From Hydrolagus affinis (lineage: Eukaryota): a stretch of 64,000 nucleotides of DNA. The notes beneath the pieces are model-generated. The model searched no databases. It was given only the letters and a program-made list of their open reading frames with translations, and was not told where the DNA came from. Of this stretch, positions 36,236 to 48,755 are shown piece by piece. Each line of letters opens with the position of its first letter. The first letter of the stretch is position 1. The position numbers and the translations under genes were made by a program. Where the stretch lies: contig JAAILG010001621.1 in NCBI GenBank assembly GCA_012026655.1, forward strand, positions 1-64,000, read 5' to 3'.

Positions 36236-39200
36236 ATAATGATAAATCCTCCACACGTGCAAATTGAGTACTGGTAATATCAACCCAGATAAAACAAATA
36301 ATTATTCATTTCATGGCATCTCGGCAATATGATACAGCACTGTATTAAATGAAAGAATTTTTACAAAATACACTTGTGTGACTAAAATGGGAAATTCAGA
36401 TCTTATATTTAAATATTCATTAAAGCCGATATAATCTCACATTCTATCTTTTTGTATGTTGCTTTCAAACTCAATACTTCAATCCATCTTTCTTGCATCA
36501 ATGGTACAGTTTCTATCAACTTTCAATGCTGCCACTGGCATTTGGTGAACAATTTCCCCCTGCGTGTATAATCTGCAATGCAATTGAAACCAAGTCCTTG
36601 CTGCATCCAAGACATTGGGTATTTCTGTCAAGCGTCTTGAATGACAACATTAATCAGTCGGCCGAAAACATTTATTTCATATTTTTTAAATCGAGATTAT
36701 CTTAATTTTGAAACAAAAATGCTAATGAAGGTTCATGTAATTACAGTTGATTATGTTGCTTTAAAATGCTACATTGCTTACAACCACAGCAAAAACAAAC
36801 CACATGGCAACAGATTTCTGATTCCAAGCCAAAGGGCAACATCCATGCTGGAGGGCATGTAAAAAAGACTAAAAAAACATAAAAACATAAAAAATTCGTC
36901 ACATATCACCAATTATCCCTCATGCATGGGATAATAAAAAAAACTTCTCCCACAAGTCATTGTTTCCAGCCACACCTGCTCACTTACTTCTCCTTGAGGC
37001 TTCTTCAGATACCTGCTACAGCATGCACTCTATCAGCAACTCAAGACACGCAAAGCCAAGGGAAAAAAAGAACAGGCAATATAGTTAAGTAAGTGACCTT
37101 ACCCCATGTACTGCCTCCAAGGCAATTTCAGGATCCAGTGTTTGCCAGATTTTCTTGAAGATATATTTTGTGTCCAAATCAATGAAATATTAATTTTCCA
37201 TTCCACCTTAACACACTGTATCCATTTGCCCGAGAGGATACTGGATTTTCTGAAGATACTGCACACTGCACCTAATTAAAGTCTTAATTATAGCTTAACT
37301 GCAAGCAAATGAAGGATGTCGTTTTTTAAATAAACTCCAGCAGCTAAATGCTATACTGCAGGATTTATTCATAGGTTTGAGCAGAAATATATTGTAATCC
37401 AGCTTTAACCCACTCCTTCCCTATGTTTGCTTGCTAGCACTCAAAATGTTTCAGGTCTGTCAGCTTTCAAAGCATTCTCAATTCTGTAAATATTTGATGA
37501 TTAACATGAGGCAAAGCTGAATTCACTGACTCACTGTAATTCACTGTTGTACTTGTATGTGATGTTTGAACTGATCTTTTTGGTTTGGGTACAAAAATGT
37601 ATGTGTTGCAAAATTGTGAAAGACTAACCTTGTGTAAAATTCTAAAAGTTCTTTCGATTACACATTACCATAAATTCTCAATACCTACAGACATATCAGA
37701 TTTTATCTGAGAAATGTGAAAGAATTGATTTATCCCTGTGACCATAGTAGTTTTAAATTACATATCTATGTTAATTAGCCACAACAGTTACCTCTCTGTA
37801 TCAGGTTTAAAATTAAATGTTCAAATTGGTTTGGGAAGGTCTCAATCAACTAATGTATGTAGCTGAAGTAAAATATTACTGTAGCAAAACACCTATGTAC
37901 AGTAGTAGTATTACCGCAAAAAAGAAAGTTGCATTTTGTGTTGCATTTTATGGCATAACCATAGATATATGAAAAGAGAGAGGGGAGCCTGGAATAGGAA
38001 ATAGAATATGTAAGGAGGGACCTCACAATGGATATCTATCCATTGGCCAGGTCATAATCTCTAAGCATCAATCAATTATCCCTTAAAAACATTTCGCTTT
38101 TCCAAGAGGTTGCAACGAAAGTGCTAACTACCTAACAGTCAAGGAGCTGATGATCAGCTCTTTAATGATGGTCTTGAAGGATTTGGATCAAAAGTAGCCA
38201 GAACCACAAATTAATGAACCAGAGCATTCATATCACAATATTCTGCAGGCTTTTTTTCATTCGACAATTGAACTTGACATTTAGATATTCCTCGTCCTAT
38301 GACAATCAATGTGCTGAGAGACACAGTTTGAATTGAAAGGAAAATGAGGCCCAAAATAATCAGTCAATAAATCTTCTGGGCAATTTTTACTGAGACATTG
38401 AATGAGGAGTCAATGTTGATTAAAATGATTCAATTCAACTCCCTCAGTGTCTGCTGTCTCTTCCATTTATGTAGCTGGATATCAAACTGGTGCTGGAGCA
38501 AAATGGTACACAGTGGTTTCAGAGCAAGCAAGTTCACAATCTGTACATTCCATTATGGATCGTGAAACTTTCATTATCATAAAGGGGAGTTAAAAAAAAT
38601 TACATTTGCAGAAGGAATTAATTCAATACCCTTATTCAAACTCCCTCTTTTGATGGAAAAATGGAACCTGTTTCTACTAGCCTTGTTCCCCTGCAATTGA
38701 TGTTTCTCAATATGCTTCAATCAATGCTTGATTCACTTTCACAAAAATCTCACTGTTTGAAAAATGTGCCGGGGTTGGCAGCTCCTCACTGAGATGCAAA
38801 CAGAATTTGATCTGTTGTTACAACAGTACTGGGCAAACAGCAAGCACAGACCCAAACCACATGTCGTTGAACTGATTGAATTACATTCAGAGACACGTGC
38901 CATGGTACACCCCAAAGGCAGAAGATTAGTGGGAATACAAATCAGTCAATATACTGTACCAGGCTGATCGGAATCGGACAATTCCTCTGGCAGTGGTATT
39001 TGGAGTGAACTCTCTTGGTGGTTGGAAAGAAACAATAATTCTGGTCTTTTCCTGAGGAGAGGTAGGACTTAATAACGCACAGAAAGTCTGAGTAAAGGCA
39101 CAATACTTCACATTAAAATATTGCTCAACAGACTCAAAAAGGCAGCATCGACAATGACAACAGAACACATTTGTATATCACCTTTCGCATCAGGAGGAGG

Positions 39201-39884
39201 TTCTAAAACATCACACGGGAAATGCAAAGAAACTGATGAAATTGAGCCAAGTCTGGAGTGAAACTGCTACCAGTGGAGGGGCTTCCGAACCTCTGATCAT
39301 TTCCGTTTAACTCAACAGGAATATATGCAAAAGATCCAGTTATGGGGCAATTTCCAAATGTAGGTGGACTGAATATGCAGAATTCTCAATCTAGTTTAGC
39401 TATTGTTAAGTGCGGTGATGGGTTTCGGCATGTGTTAGCCATCCGACTGACTAAACAAATTGTCTCAGTTGTCAGCATAGCTTGGCTGGTAGCTCCCTTG
39501 CATCGAAGTGTTAAGGTGTCAAATTAAATGCAAGTGTTCTTAGATCTACTGTTTTCCCTTCCTCTCCATGCTCAGTGTTGGCAGCAGCAGGCATGCCTCA
39601 TTTACTGGGTAAAGTTCAACTCAGGACAATATGCAACATGCAATTCATTCTTCATCTGTATGACTATCATTTCTTAAAAGTGCTCAAAATCAAAAAGCCC
39701 CAAATCCCCACTTACTATTTTCATCCAACATCAAGTAGAAAACATTCTCAAACCAGTTAACATAATCAGACTCTACTTGAGATCTAAATTTCTATAGATT
39801 GGCTGGAAATGACCAGTTGTTGAAAGTATTTGTGCTTCAGTTCATTGTTCACTCAGAATGCAATGATGTTAAACGCTAGTTAGA

Positions 39885-40005
39885 GTTATAATCCCTCAAG
39901 AAAGAAAAACAATAATAAATTGTTCATTTCAATCCACGACTGTTTATGGGACACTGTTGTGCGCAATTGGCTGCTGCGTTTTTCCCACATACATACAGTC
40001 AATTA
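39885..40005 (+). mobile_element. Internal fragment of the abundant SINE
   Basis: ATAATCCCTC...TTTCAATCCACGACTGTTTATGGGACACTGTTGTGCGCAATTGGCTGCTGCGTTT. Confidence 0.8.
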
Positions 40006-41231
40006 AACCTGAGAGTTTAGAACAAGTCAGAGACTCTAGTAACTGCTCCTTGTAAAAGAACATTCCAAATCTTTGCTCTGTATTTTTTCCCCAATGTTAA
40101 AGGCAAGATCAAGAAGTACTGTATCATTCTATGGAAAAGCACAGATGTGCATCTCCACTGTAGAACTATATTGGACTTTTACGAATGAAGTGCCTGGATC
40201 AAAGGGAGAAGATTTAATATGTTAGAATTGTATGCCTGGCTTAGGTATGCATTTATCAATGTACAGTTCTGCTGTATTGCAGTAAATTTTCTGGTTTATA
40301 GTCTCTTATTGAAAACATACAGAAATGGTTCAGTAGAATACCAATACATTCTCTACCCCATGACGAAATTCCTATAATTTGCTGTTTGCCAATAGCCAAA
40401 TGTAATTTGTTCGTAAAAATTCTGTTGTGCCTTATGGGGATTTTGAATAGAATACTCCTGAGGTGTCCCCCTCCCCTCCACACTCACACTCACACTAAAA
40501 CACACATGGTTCTGCAGCCCCAACAGTAAATCATGCCTTTCAGACTTGTTCAGGCAGAACGCTCTCTGCTTGCCAATTGTCAACCCGCAACTACTCCCAG
40601 TTTAACTCTTTCACATAGACAGTGACCAGAAATGTTGCGAGATCCCCTTAAATAGGGGGAAAGAAAGCACTGAAGGTGCAAAAGGTCAAACGTACTATTA
40701 ATGTTGAAAACATTGTGAAAGGTAAATAGCCAGGGGAGTTGCAGACATCAATTACCTGCCCACATAGCAGAGGAGACAAAAAAGCCCTTTTAACAATGAT
40801 GTCTATGTCCTAATTTGACATTCCTGAAAAACATATTTGCAATGGAAAGGTGTGGGTTCAAGAACTGCAAGGTTGAGTAATGACCAACTGCTCAGTCAGG
40901 TGCAGAGACATCAAGGGTAGCGCTCACTGACAGCAATAAAACCAATTCAACATTGGTTCCATTTTCATACTGCTAATTAAAAATAAAATCTCAACTCCTC
41001 AGGTGAAATCCTGCTGTCCTGAACAGGGTAACTGAGAACAAACTGCCTTGTCAATTGTGTCCTGCCCTCCTCTTATTGCTTTTCTAGCCTAACGTTGCCA
41101 GCTTAGAATTGGGTTACTTGAGTATTTCAGTTCAACAGTTCCAGCTGATAGTGAAAGGCAGATCAAGTGGTGGGAAGGCTCAAACTGCTGGGCTTTGCAA
41201 TAAGTAACATCAGTAAGTCTGAGCTCACTGT

Positions 41232-41600
41232 TAATAATCCTTGGATTTGATACAATGCCTCAAACATCTCAAAGCACCTTACAAAGTTTCTGTAAAGTGC
41301 AATGACTGTGTATTTATAGGGGAATCCAACAGCCAACATGCATACAACAATGTTCCACAACTAAGTTATGCAGCAATGACCAATTTTTTCTTGGGTATTG
41401 CTGGCCAGGACGCCGGAAGAAACTCCTTTCTCTTTTTGAATAGCGCCATAAAATCTTTAACACCCACATGAACAGGCAGACTCAGGCACTCAGTTTAATG
41501 ATTCTTCTAAATACAACCTTCCTCCATTAACGCACTGGATTGTTAGCCTAAATGTGAGCTCTGAATATTCAGTTTACAAGTAAAGGCACTCGGCTGATCA
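41232..41600 (-). mobile_element. Deu-domain SINE
   Basis: TGGCCAGGACGCCGGAAGAAACTCC...GAATAGCGCCATAAAATCTTTAACACCCAC...CTCAGTTTAATG is the reverse complement of the 10402-10815 family. Confidence 0.8.
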
Positions 41601-42421
41601 AAATGTACAATATTTGATGCGACTTTACTTCATGTTTGTCGCGAATTAATCTTTCAGCTTGGACATTACCTCACGTGGTTCATGAACAGAGATTTCCGAT
41701 GTATATTTAAAACATCAATAAATTTATGATTAAGAGAAGGGCTTTTCCATGGTCGTGCAGGTGCTGTGTTATACAAAGCACATACAAAATGAAGTCATCC
41801 GAGAATTTCAAATGGAATGCTTCTGAAGCATTTCACTGTCTTTAGTTAACCTGGGGCTAAGATCATTTCATTTGCTATAATTTGCTGAAAAGATGCAACA
41901 TGGAGAGTGTTCTGCATTCATAATCATCTCCAATTTATAATAGAATGTTGGCGGGAAATACAAAGTCCTTTTTTTGGACAGTTGTTTGTTGTTTATATCT
42001 CCTTACACCATCATAACAATAATTTACGCAACACCCATCCTGTAGGGAACACTGAATCCCTACAAATCACCTCATTAGTAGCATAAACGCATGTAATATC
42101 ATCGTATATGCAACACTTTGGCAGAGAAAGTCTTTCAAGCATTGAACCATAATGCACCTCAGAGAATCGCAAACAGTTGTGTTCCATTTGGTTGCCTTGT
42201 TATGAAGCGATGTATTGCTCGATTATTCTGAAAAGTTGCAGTGGTAAACTGAAGAGCGAGTAATTGATTAGACAGTAATTCTTGCTCATGTTGGCTAAGA
42301 TGCTGTTGTCCCCTAATGATAGCAACATTTTAGCGCCTTGAGACGTCCTCCCAATTGAAAGGTACTCTACAATATATAATAATTAATATCATCATTATTT
42401 TCTCCCCAATCATTGATTTGT

Positions 42422-42578
42422 GGAGTCCTATAGCTCAGTGCTCAGAGCACTCGCCCTACGAGCAAGAAACCCAGGTTCAATTCCCCGCAGGTCCGGGCGA
42501 AACCTTGGGCAAGTTTCCTCACTCCACACGTATGGTAATAATCCCTCAATAAAAACAATCATTTTACACCCAATTTGG
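42422..42578 (+). mobile_element. 5' half of the tRNA-derived SINE
   Basis: GGAGTCCTATAGCTCAGTG...GGTTCAATTCC...GAAACCTTGGGCAAGTTTCCTCACTCCACAC...ATAATCCCTC. Confidence 0.88.
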
Positions 42579-45500
42579 ACAGTTTGTCTATCTGTGAACA
42601 ACACATGGCACTCAGTGTCCAGAATTGGAGTCGTGAGCAGCTCAACATTCACAGGTTTTTCAATCTACAGGAGATTGTTACAGAATTAAATGCTCCAAAT
42701 GAAACTCTTGAATCTCGCTGTAATGCTTCCCTTTGGTTAAGTCTGACCTACCCAGTTTCTACAGCAGCTATGTATCCACGGTGTGTGTTTCCCAATATAG
42801 GACATTGTCTGTCTGCCTGCGGTGTCACATGCTCCTGCGGTCTGGTCTCAGTGGCAATCTCATCTGCGGTGTTTATTTTCTTGGGAGGAGAGAGTATTTT
42901 TTTGGAGGCTAACTAGCTATCTGCGGTGTTTGTGGTTGAGCTCGGTTCGTTTCTGCCACAGTCCCTCAAAACTGCTAAAATTATTGTTTCAGGTTTAAAA
43001 TGAATTGAGTGGGGGGAGGTGTGGCTGTCCCTGTAGCATGTGGGAAGGAGGTTGGCACAAACATGGAAGAGACACAATGCTGGAAATAGAAGGCAACACT
43101 ATCACTAAAGGCAATCATATTAACTTGGGCGGCTTTCTCAAGTGAGCAGGCAGAAGATAAACAACTGGGAACTAACAGCACCCTGAATTCTTCTCATCAA
43201 GACACATTCCAAAACAAGTACTGAATTTTATGGCTTTGGCTGAATTACCCATGAAGTCACTCAGCTTCCTGCAGTGCAGATATAATAATCTTGGCTAAAC
43301 TCTCCTTATTTTATTCTTCTGATATAACTGAATAATGAAGCACAGATTTGCAGAGAGCAGAGAAAGAACAGAGGGTGGGTGAGAGGAGGGAAGATGAAAC
43401 TCCAGGCTGGATCTGTTGAAATGAGGCTTCTTTCAAAATCTATTTTCTATTTTGTTGTGGTTCCCTCTTGCTTTCTCTGCTATAAACAAGGCTCAGCACC
43501 AAATAAGGAAGTGTGCAGTGTACAGCCAGCTGGCACCTCACAACAAACACACAGGACTTTTTCAGAAAAGGTGTGCATTAAAACACTTTTTTTTAATGTA
43601 AGCCCAAGTCCAAGATGTCATGAAGAGTTCTATATAAATGTAATTGTTAAAGTTGTTGTTGTTGCTGCACATGTGGAAACTACATGTAATCAGAACCCAA
43701 ATGGAAGTCATGCTCCAGTAGCCAAATGGAAAGCCTTTATCTGCACTTCTCTTGCGAGAAACCTAGATGAAAGGAGAGAGAGTGTGCGCACCTCAACAAC
43801 CAGTTCTGTATGTGATACTGAATCTACGTATATTCTTTCACATACTGGAAAATGTGAGCAATTGCTTTAGTCTGGAGGAGGTCAAGCATCCACAGAGTTC
43901 GGAGATGATTACATTTCTACCTCTCACAGAGGAGACAACAATCTCGGTTTGTCCACGAGTAAAACAGAAATTTCATCACTATATTAAGCAGGAAGACTGA
44001 CAAGATGGCACCATTATGACCACCACGAAAGTCTCTGGTACATGAGACTGAAGTAGCAACCAGACACAGGGAAATTTCCATGTGATAGGTGAAACGTTCA
44101 ATCTGGTTGGATGCTCTTAACCATGTTGATAGATTTCCACATACTTCAGATGCGAACTGGGCTGACAATCGTACAGGAAAGTTATCATAAGAAACTTCAA
44201 CAAAACAATTGGGATTCAAGTACAGTATAAGCAATGCACGATGATGACTTCTTCAAGCGATGATGACATTTTTGCTACCATGAAAAACTCTGCACTCACA
44301 TAGTTCAAGGTTGTCATGAGCTGTAGTCCAATGAGATACCACTCAGACTAGCTCAACCAGATGGTTACTACTCATAACCACATGCGCGCTAGAAGATATA
44401 GCTGGGAGAAATAGTCAAGTAGGCAGACTCACTGCTGAGACGACAGACACATCAGGTCTCCTTCTGAGCCTTACTTAACTGGATCAGCTGTACTGTAAGT
44501 CAAATACTTTATCTAGGATTGTAAAGCTAAAATGCAGGTAACATGAGTGCAGCTAAGAGCACCACTGTGACCAAAATTCCTTTCAACGTAGAGCCTGATG
44601 CTGTGCAGGACTGATAATTCCACTCCACCCTAAAGCATCAAGAAGAATTAATCACAAGAAAAATAATGAAAGCGCACACGCACCCGAGAAAGAAATAACA
44701 CAGTATGTTTTTTCTTTGCGATGTTAATATAAAAAAAACTTTCATGCTGAATGCTTCTGTCATATGGTTTAAATAGAAAGATAGCAGAATGCTTTCAATT
44801 CAAGCATTTACTGAAAGGAGAGCACGCATTCAGACACATGCTGGATTATGCTTCATCTGCCCAGAAGATGTTTGAGGAATGACACGAATCTCTCTTAAAA
44901 AAATATTAAGCAAAGACTGTACGTGGATGTACAAAGAATAAAATTTACACCCCACTTGAATGTCACAAAGAGCAATTAAAACTAACAAATGTCTCCACTT
45001 AAGTGTAAGGTTAATCCCCAAATGGGCGCATTAAATGAGAAGCAAGTTTATCAGCATTATGATGTAATGATGTAAACAGTCCTTGATATTTCTGGCCAGA
45101 ACAGGGCACTCTGACTGCAAAATTCCTCTTCCATTTCTGCAAAAGCATCATCACCTGAAAAGAAGAGTTATATTTATCTAACGTTGTAAATTTACCGCTT
45201 GCCTTTTCCTATCAAACTAGAAAAAAAGAGTTCTCTCAAAAAATATTGTATACATTCACAAGACAGCTAGTCCTCTGGTTCAAAATGCCTGGAAGAGATC
45301 ATTCAGATAGAATTCTACTGCACTGCATCGAAAACCTGTAAAGTTAACCACATAAGTTATGATCTTTGTGTGTGACTTGGATGACCAATGCCTTCAGAGA
45401 TATTGCTTTCCAACAGCAGAACCGGCTTTGACCCCGGTGAGATTTCATATATTTCAATAGCCGGGCGGCCATTGCTCTGAAGACCCTGGGGAAAGCAAGT

Positions 45501-46004
45501 TGTGGTATGAAAACATACACCTACTGTTGCTGCTGTTCTGATAGGGTTAGAAAAGCAAGCTTGCAATTGGATATGGTGGATTGGCTGATGTCTGCAACAT
45601 GACCTTAGGTTCCTCAGAATAAGTAATACGAGTAACTTTACAGCACTAAGACGGTTGGGGTAGCTGCAGAATGAGCCCTCTCAACGATCGAGGTCAAAGA
45701 AGACTTTACTCACAAGAATTTCCAGATCGCATCAGATTATTAATTGGACTGATACACCAGTCAGCAAAGATATCATCTCCTTAAGTGCCTCTGAATTGTC
45801 ACTCTGTCAAGCAGTACTTCTGCATAAAGTCAACTTGAGATACATTTAAAGTATTTTATCAGGTGATTCAAGTGCTTTGAGAATTATGTGTTTGCATCAA
45901 TCACCAATCATATTAACAAGCAGAGGCCTATCCTGGCATAAAAAAACATTCTGCTGAATCCATCAGGTAAGTTATTTATTTCTCTAGCATTAATCTGACA
46001 GATC

Positions 46005-47488
46005 TGAAACAAAAACAGAAGTAGCCGAGAACACTCAGGCAGCATCTATAGAGAAAGGAAAAGTGAGACAATGTTTCGGGTCCACGACCCTTTGTCAGAA
46101 CTGGAGCATGTTGGAAGAGAGAGGCTTTTAAGGATTAACAGAAAGTGGGGAGGCAAGGCAAGGAAGATAAAGGAAGTGAAATACCTGTGCTGGCATGGGA
46201 GGGTGCCGAGGGAAGGGAAGCGACTATTAGTGTTGATGGAGGAGTGAACCAGGGAGTCACTGAGGGAACAGTCCCTTTGGAATGTGGGGAGGGGAGGGAA
46301 ACATATGCTTTGTGGTGAGGTCAGGCTGGAGATGATGGAAATGGCAGAGAATTATCCTTTGGATATTGATGCTGGTTGGGTGGAAGGTGAGGACTAGTGG
46401 GATCCTATCAAGGTTCGGGAAGAGGGGGAAGAGGTGAGGGCAATGTAGCGGACACAGTCTAGAGCACCATCTACCACAGCAGATGGGAACCCTCGGTTGA
46501 GGAAAAAAGAAGACATTTGAGATGCTCTGACGTGAAAGTTGGCATCGTCAGAGCAGATGCGAAGGAGGCACTGGGAAAAGGGAATGGCATCTTTACAAGA
46601 GGCAGGGTAGAAGACGGTGTAGTCCAAATAGCTGTGGAAGTTGGTTGGCTTGTAAAATACATCTGTTATAATCCATGACTCGAGATGCAAATGGTGAAGT
46701 TGAGGAAGGGAAGGGAAGAGTCGGAGATGGTCTATGTGAATTTTATGGAGGGGTGGAAGGTGGAAGCGAAATTGATGAATTGTTCCAACTGACTGCGAGA
46801 GTGAGAGGCAGCCCCAACACAGTCATCAATGTACCTGAGGAACAGGTCAGGGAGCGAACCTGAATAGGCCTGGAACAAAGAGGCTTGGACAACAAACAGG
46901 CAGGCATAACTGGGATGCATGCAGGTTCCCATAGCGACACCTTTTATTTGGAGAAAATGGTTGGAGTTGAAGGTTCAATGTCAGAACAAGTTCAGTCAGG
47001 TGGAGGATGGTGGTGGATGGAGACTGGCTGTGCTGCTGTTCTAGGTGGAACCGGAGAACCTGCAGGCTGTCCTTGTAGGGGATGGAGGTGTGCAGAAACT
47101 GAATGTCCATTAGGAATACGAGGCGTTCAGGACCAGGGAACAGGAAGTTGTTGATGTGGCGGAGAGCGTCGGAAGAGTCACGGATATAGGTTGGTAGGGT
47201 TTGGACAAGAGGAGCAAGAATGGAGACCAGGTATGAGGAGATCAATTCTGTGGGGCAGGAACAGACTGAGACAATAGGTCTCCCAAGACATTCCTGTTTG
47301 TTGATCTTGGGGAGGAGGAGGTACAGGCAGGCAGTGCGGGGCTGGGAGACTATGAGGCTGGAGGATTGGGAGGAAGCTCGCCAGGTTATTGACTTTTTCT
47401 GGTGAAGATAGCTTGGTGTTGTGATGTGGGGTCATGGTCCTGGGGAAGGTAGGAGGAGGTGTCGGAGAGTTCAGCCTCTGCCAGGTAG
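46005..47488 (-). mobile_element. Penelope-like retroelement, 5'-truncated, frameshifted RT pseudogene; GIY-YIG endonuclease apparently deleted
   Basis: Minus peptides LPTYIRDSSDAL..LVFLMDIQFLHTSIP, MGTCMHPSYACLF..FLRYIDDCVG..FHPSIKFT and TDVFYKPT..SYLDY..CKDAIPFSQ..RICSD. A terminal repeat with a hammerhead-like core lies at 46070-46098. Confidence 0.92.
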
Positions 47489-47551
47489 AGGTCCTTACAC
47501 CAAACGTCCTGTCGACACCAAACGTCCTGTCGACGTTTGGCGTAAGGACCT
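47489..47551. repeat. 63-bp hairpin (20-bp inverted repeats, one mismatch) with an internal 18-bp tandem duplication
   Basis: AGGTCCTTACACCAAACGTC ... GACGTTTGGCGTAAGGACCT. ACCAAACGTCCTGTCGAC occurs twice. Confidence 0.9.
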
Positions 47552-47554
47552 TTA

Positions 47555-47628
47555 GAATATATTCTGTAAAGTGCTTTGAGATGTCTGATAAAACACTATA
47601 TCAAATGCAAGGATGATTATTATTATTC
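47555..47628 (+). mobile_element. SINE 3' tail
   Basis: TATTCTGTAAAGTGCTTTGAGATGTC...ATATCAAATGCAAGGATGATTATTATT. Confidence 0.85.
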
Positions 47629-47639
47629 AAATACCGCAT

Positions 47640-47935
47640 CTAACATCCTAATAGTCACAAAAAAATCAAATAGGGAAGTTGGAAGAAAATTTTTACGCAG
47701 AGAGTAGTGGGAATGTGGAACTTGCTACCACAAAGGTATGTTGAGGCAAATAGCATAGATGTATTTAAGGGGAAGCTAGATAGGTGCAGTACATGGGGGA
47801 AAAAGGAAGAGAAGAAGGTTATGCTTGTAGACTTAGTTGAGGAGGGGCAGCAGGAGGCTCATGTGGAGCATAAATGCTGGCATAAACCAGTCGGACCAAA
47901 TGGCCCGTTCCTGTGCTGTATACAGTATTCTAACA
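47640..47935 (+). mobile_element. CR1 3' end
   Basis: ..FTQRVVGMWNLLPQRYVEANSIDVFKGKLD.. (CR1 ORF2 C-terminus) and 3' UTR GGACCAAATGGCCCGTTCCTGTGCTGTA. Confidence 0.88.
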
Positions 47936-48654
47936 TATCCTCAGAAATGTGTTAGGGCAGCATTAATCTGATTTCCTGGTATTCCTACATTGTCCTTGAT
48001 TTGGCAATCTCGCTCAGATTCTTAGCAAATTATTTGCTTAACAAGTAAAGACACTAAAGGCACAAGTCGTGGCTAGCACGGTATCTTACTGAGAAGACCT
48101 GCAAGTAGTAGGATAGAGGGTTATTTTTTCACAAAACTGGCACCACTAAAGCAACAGGATGGAAATGCATATTCCTTTGAGCGAAGCCAAAGTAACTTTC
48201 TAAAAGGGAAATTCAAGGAAACCAAAGTTTCCCTGAAACCAAAGAAAAATCGGGAAGTAATTTTCTTTTCAGTATTGTTGGCAACACATGCGCTTTAGAT
48301 ACTTTGAAAATACTGTACATTTCAAAGAGGACTAGGAGATGGTCATTTCACAAACTATATCAGGTAAAAGACATTTGTTTACATACATTTTGAATTCATT
48401 TTACATATGTTTGTTCTTTTGTGGAATATTGCGGCAAATCATCCCACATTTCTCTACAGAGCAATAAATGAATGCTCATGTTCCTACAAACATACAGGTA
48501 TTCTCACTCGAGACTGTGATAAAAGATTCTTCCTTTTATTCTCTGTTGCAGAATTCCTGAAAAGGAATGTGTTGCACATCCTGGGCAGAGGAGGAGATTG
48601 CCAATTGTTTTCAGAGAAATAAAGCTCAATAGATTTACTCTATTCAATCTACTT

Positions 48655-48755
48655 AACATGCAGTCACTATATACTACAGTAAATTGTATGGATTGCTCTG
48701 AGACTTTCAATGACTTATTAAGGTGCTACATCAAATGGCAAGTTCATTGTTATGT
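48655..48755 (+). mobile_element. Old SINE 3' tail
   Basis: CAGTCACTATATACTACAGTAAAT...AAGGTGCTACATCAAATGGCAAG. Confidence 0.6.

Noticed and set aside
37102-37270. Minus-strand donor GGG|GTAAGG preceded by KYIFKKIWQTLDPEIALEAVHG
   Set aside because: There is an in-frame stop just upstream and no suitable acceptor.
43379-43870. 163-aa ORF
   Set aside because: No recognisable domain, it crosses a decayed repeat-tail-like segment, and it has no convincing splice structure.
45050-45154. Strong minus-strand acceptor followed by DDAFAEMEEEFCSQ...
   Set aside because: The frame stops after ~31 codons, with no donor or homology to support it.
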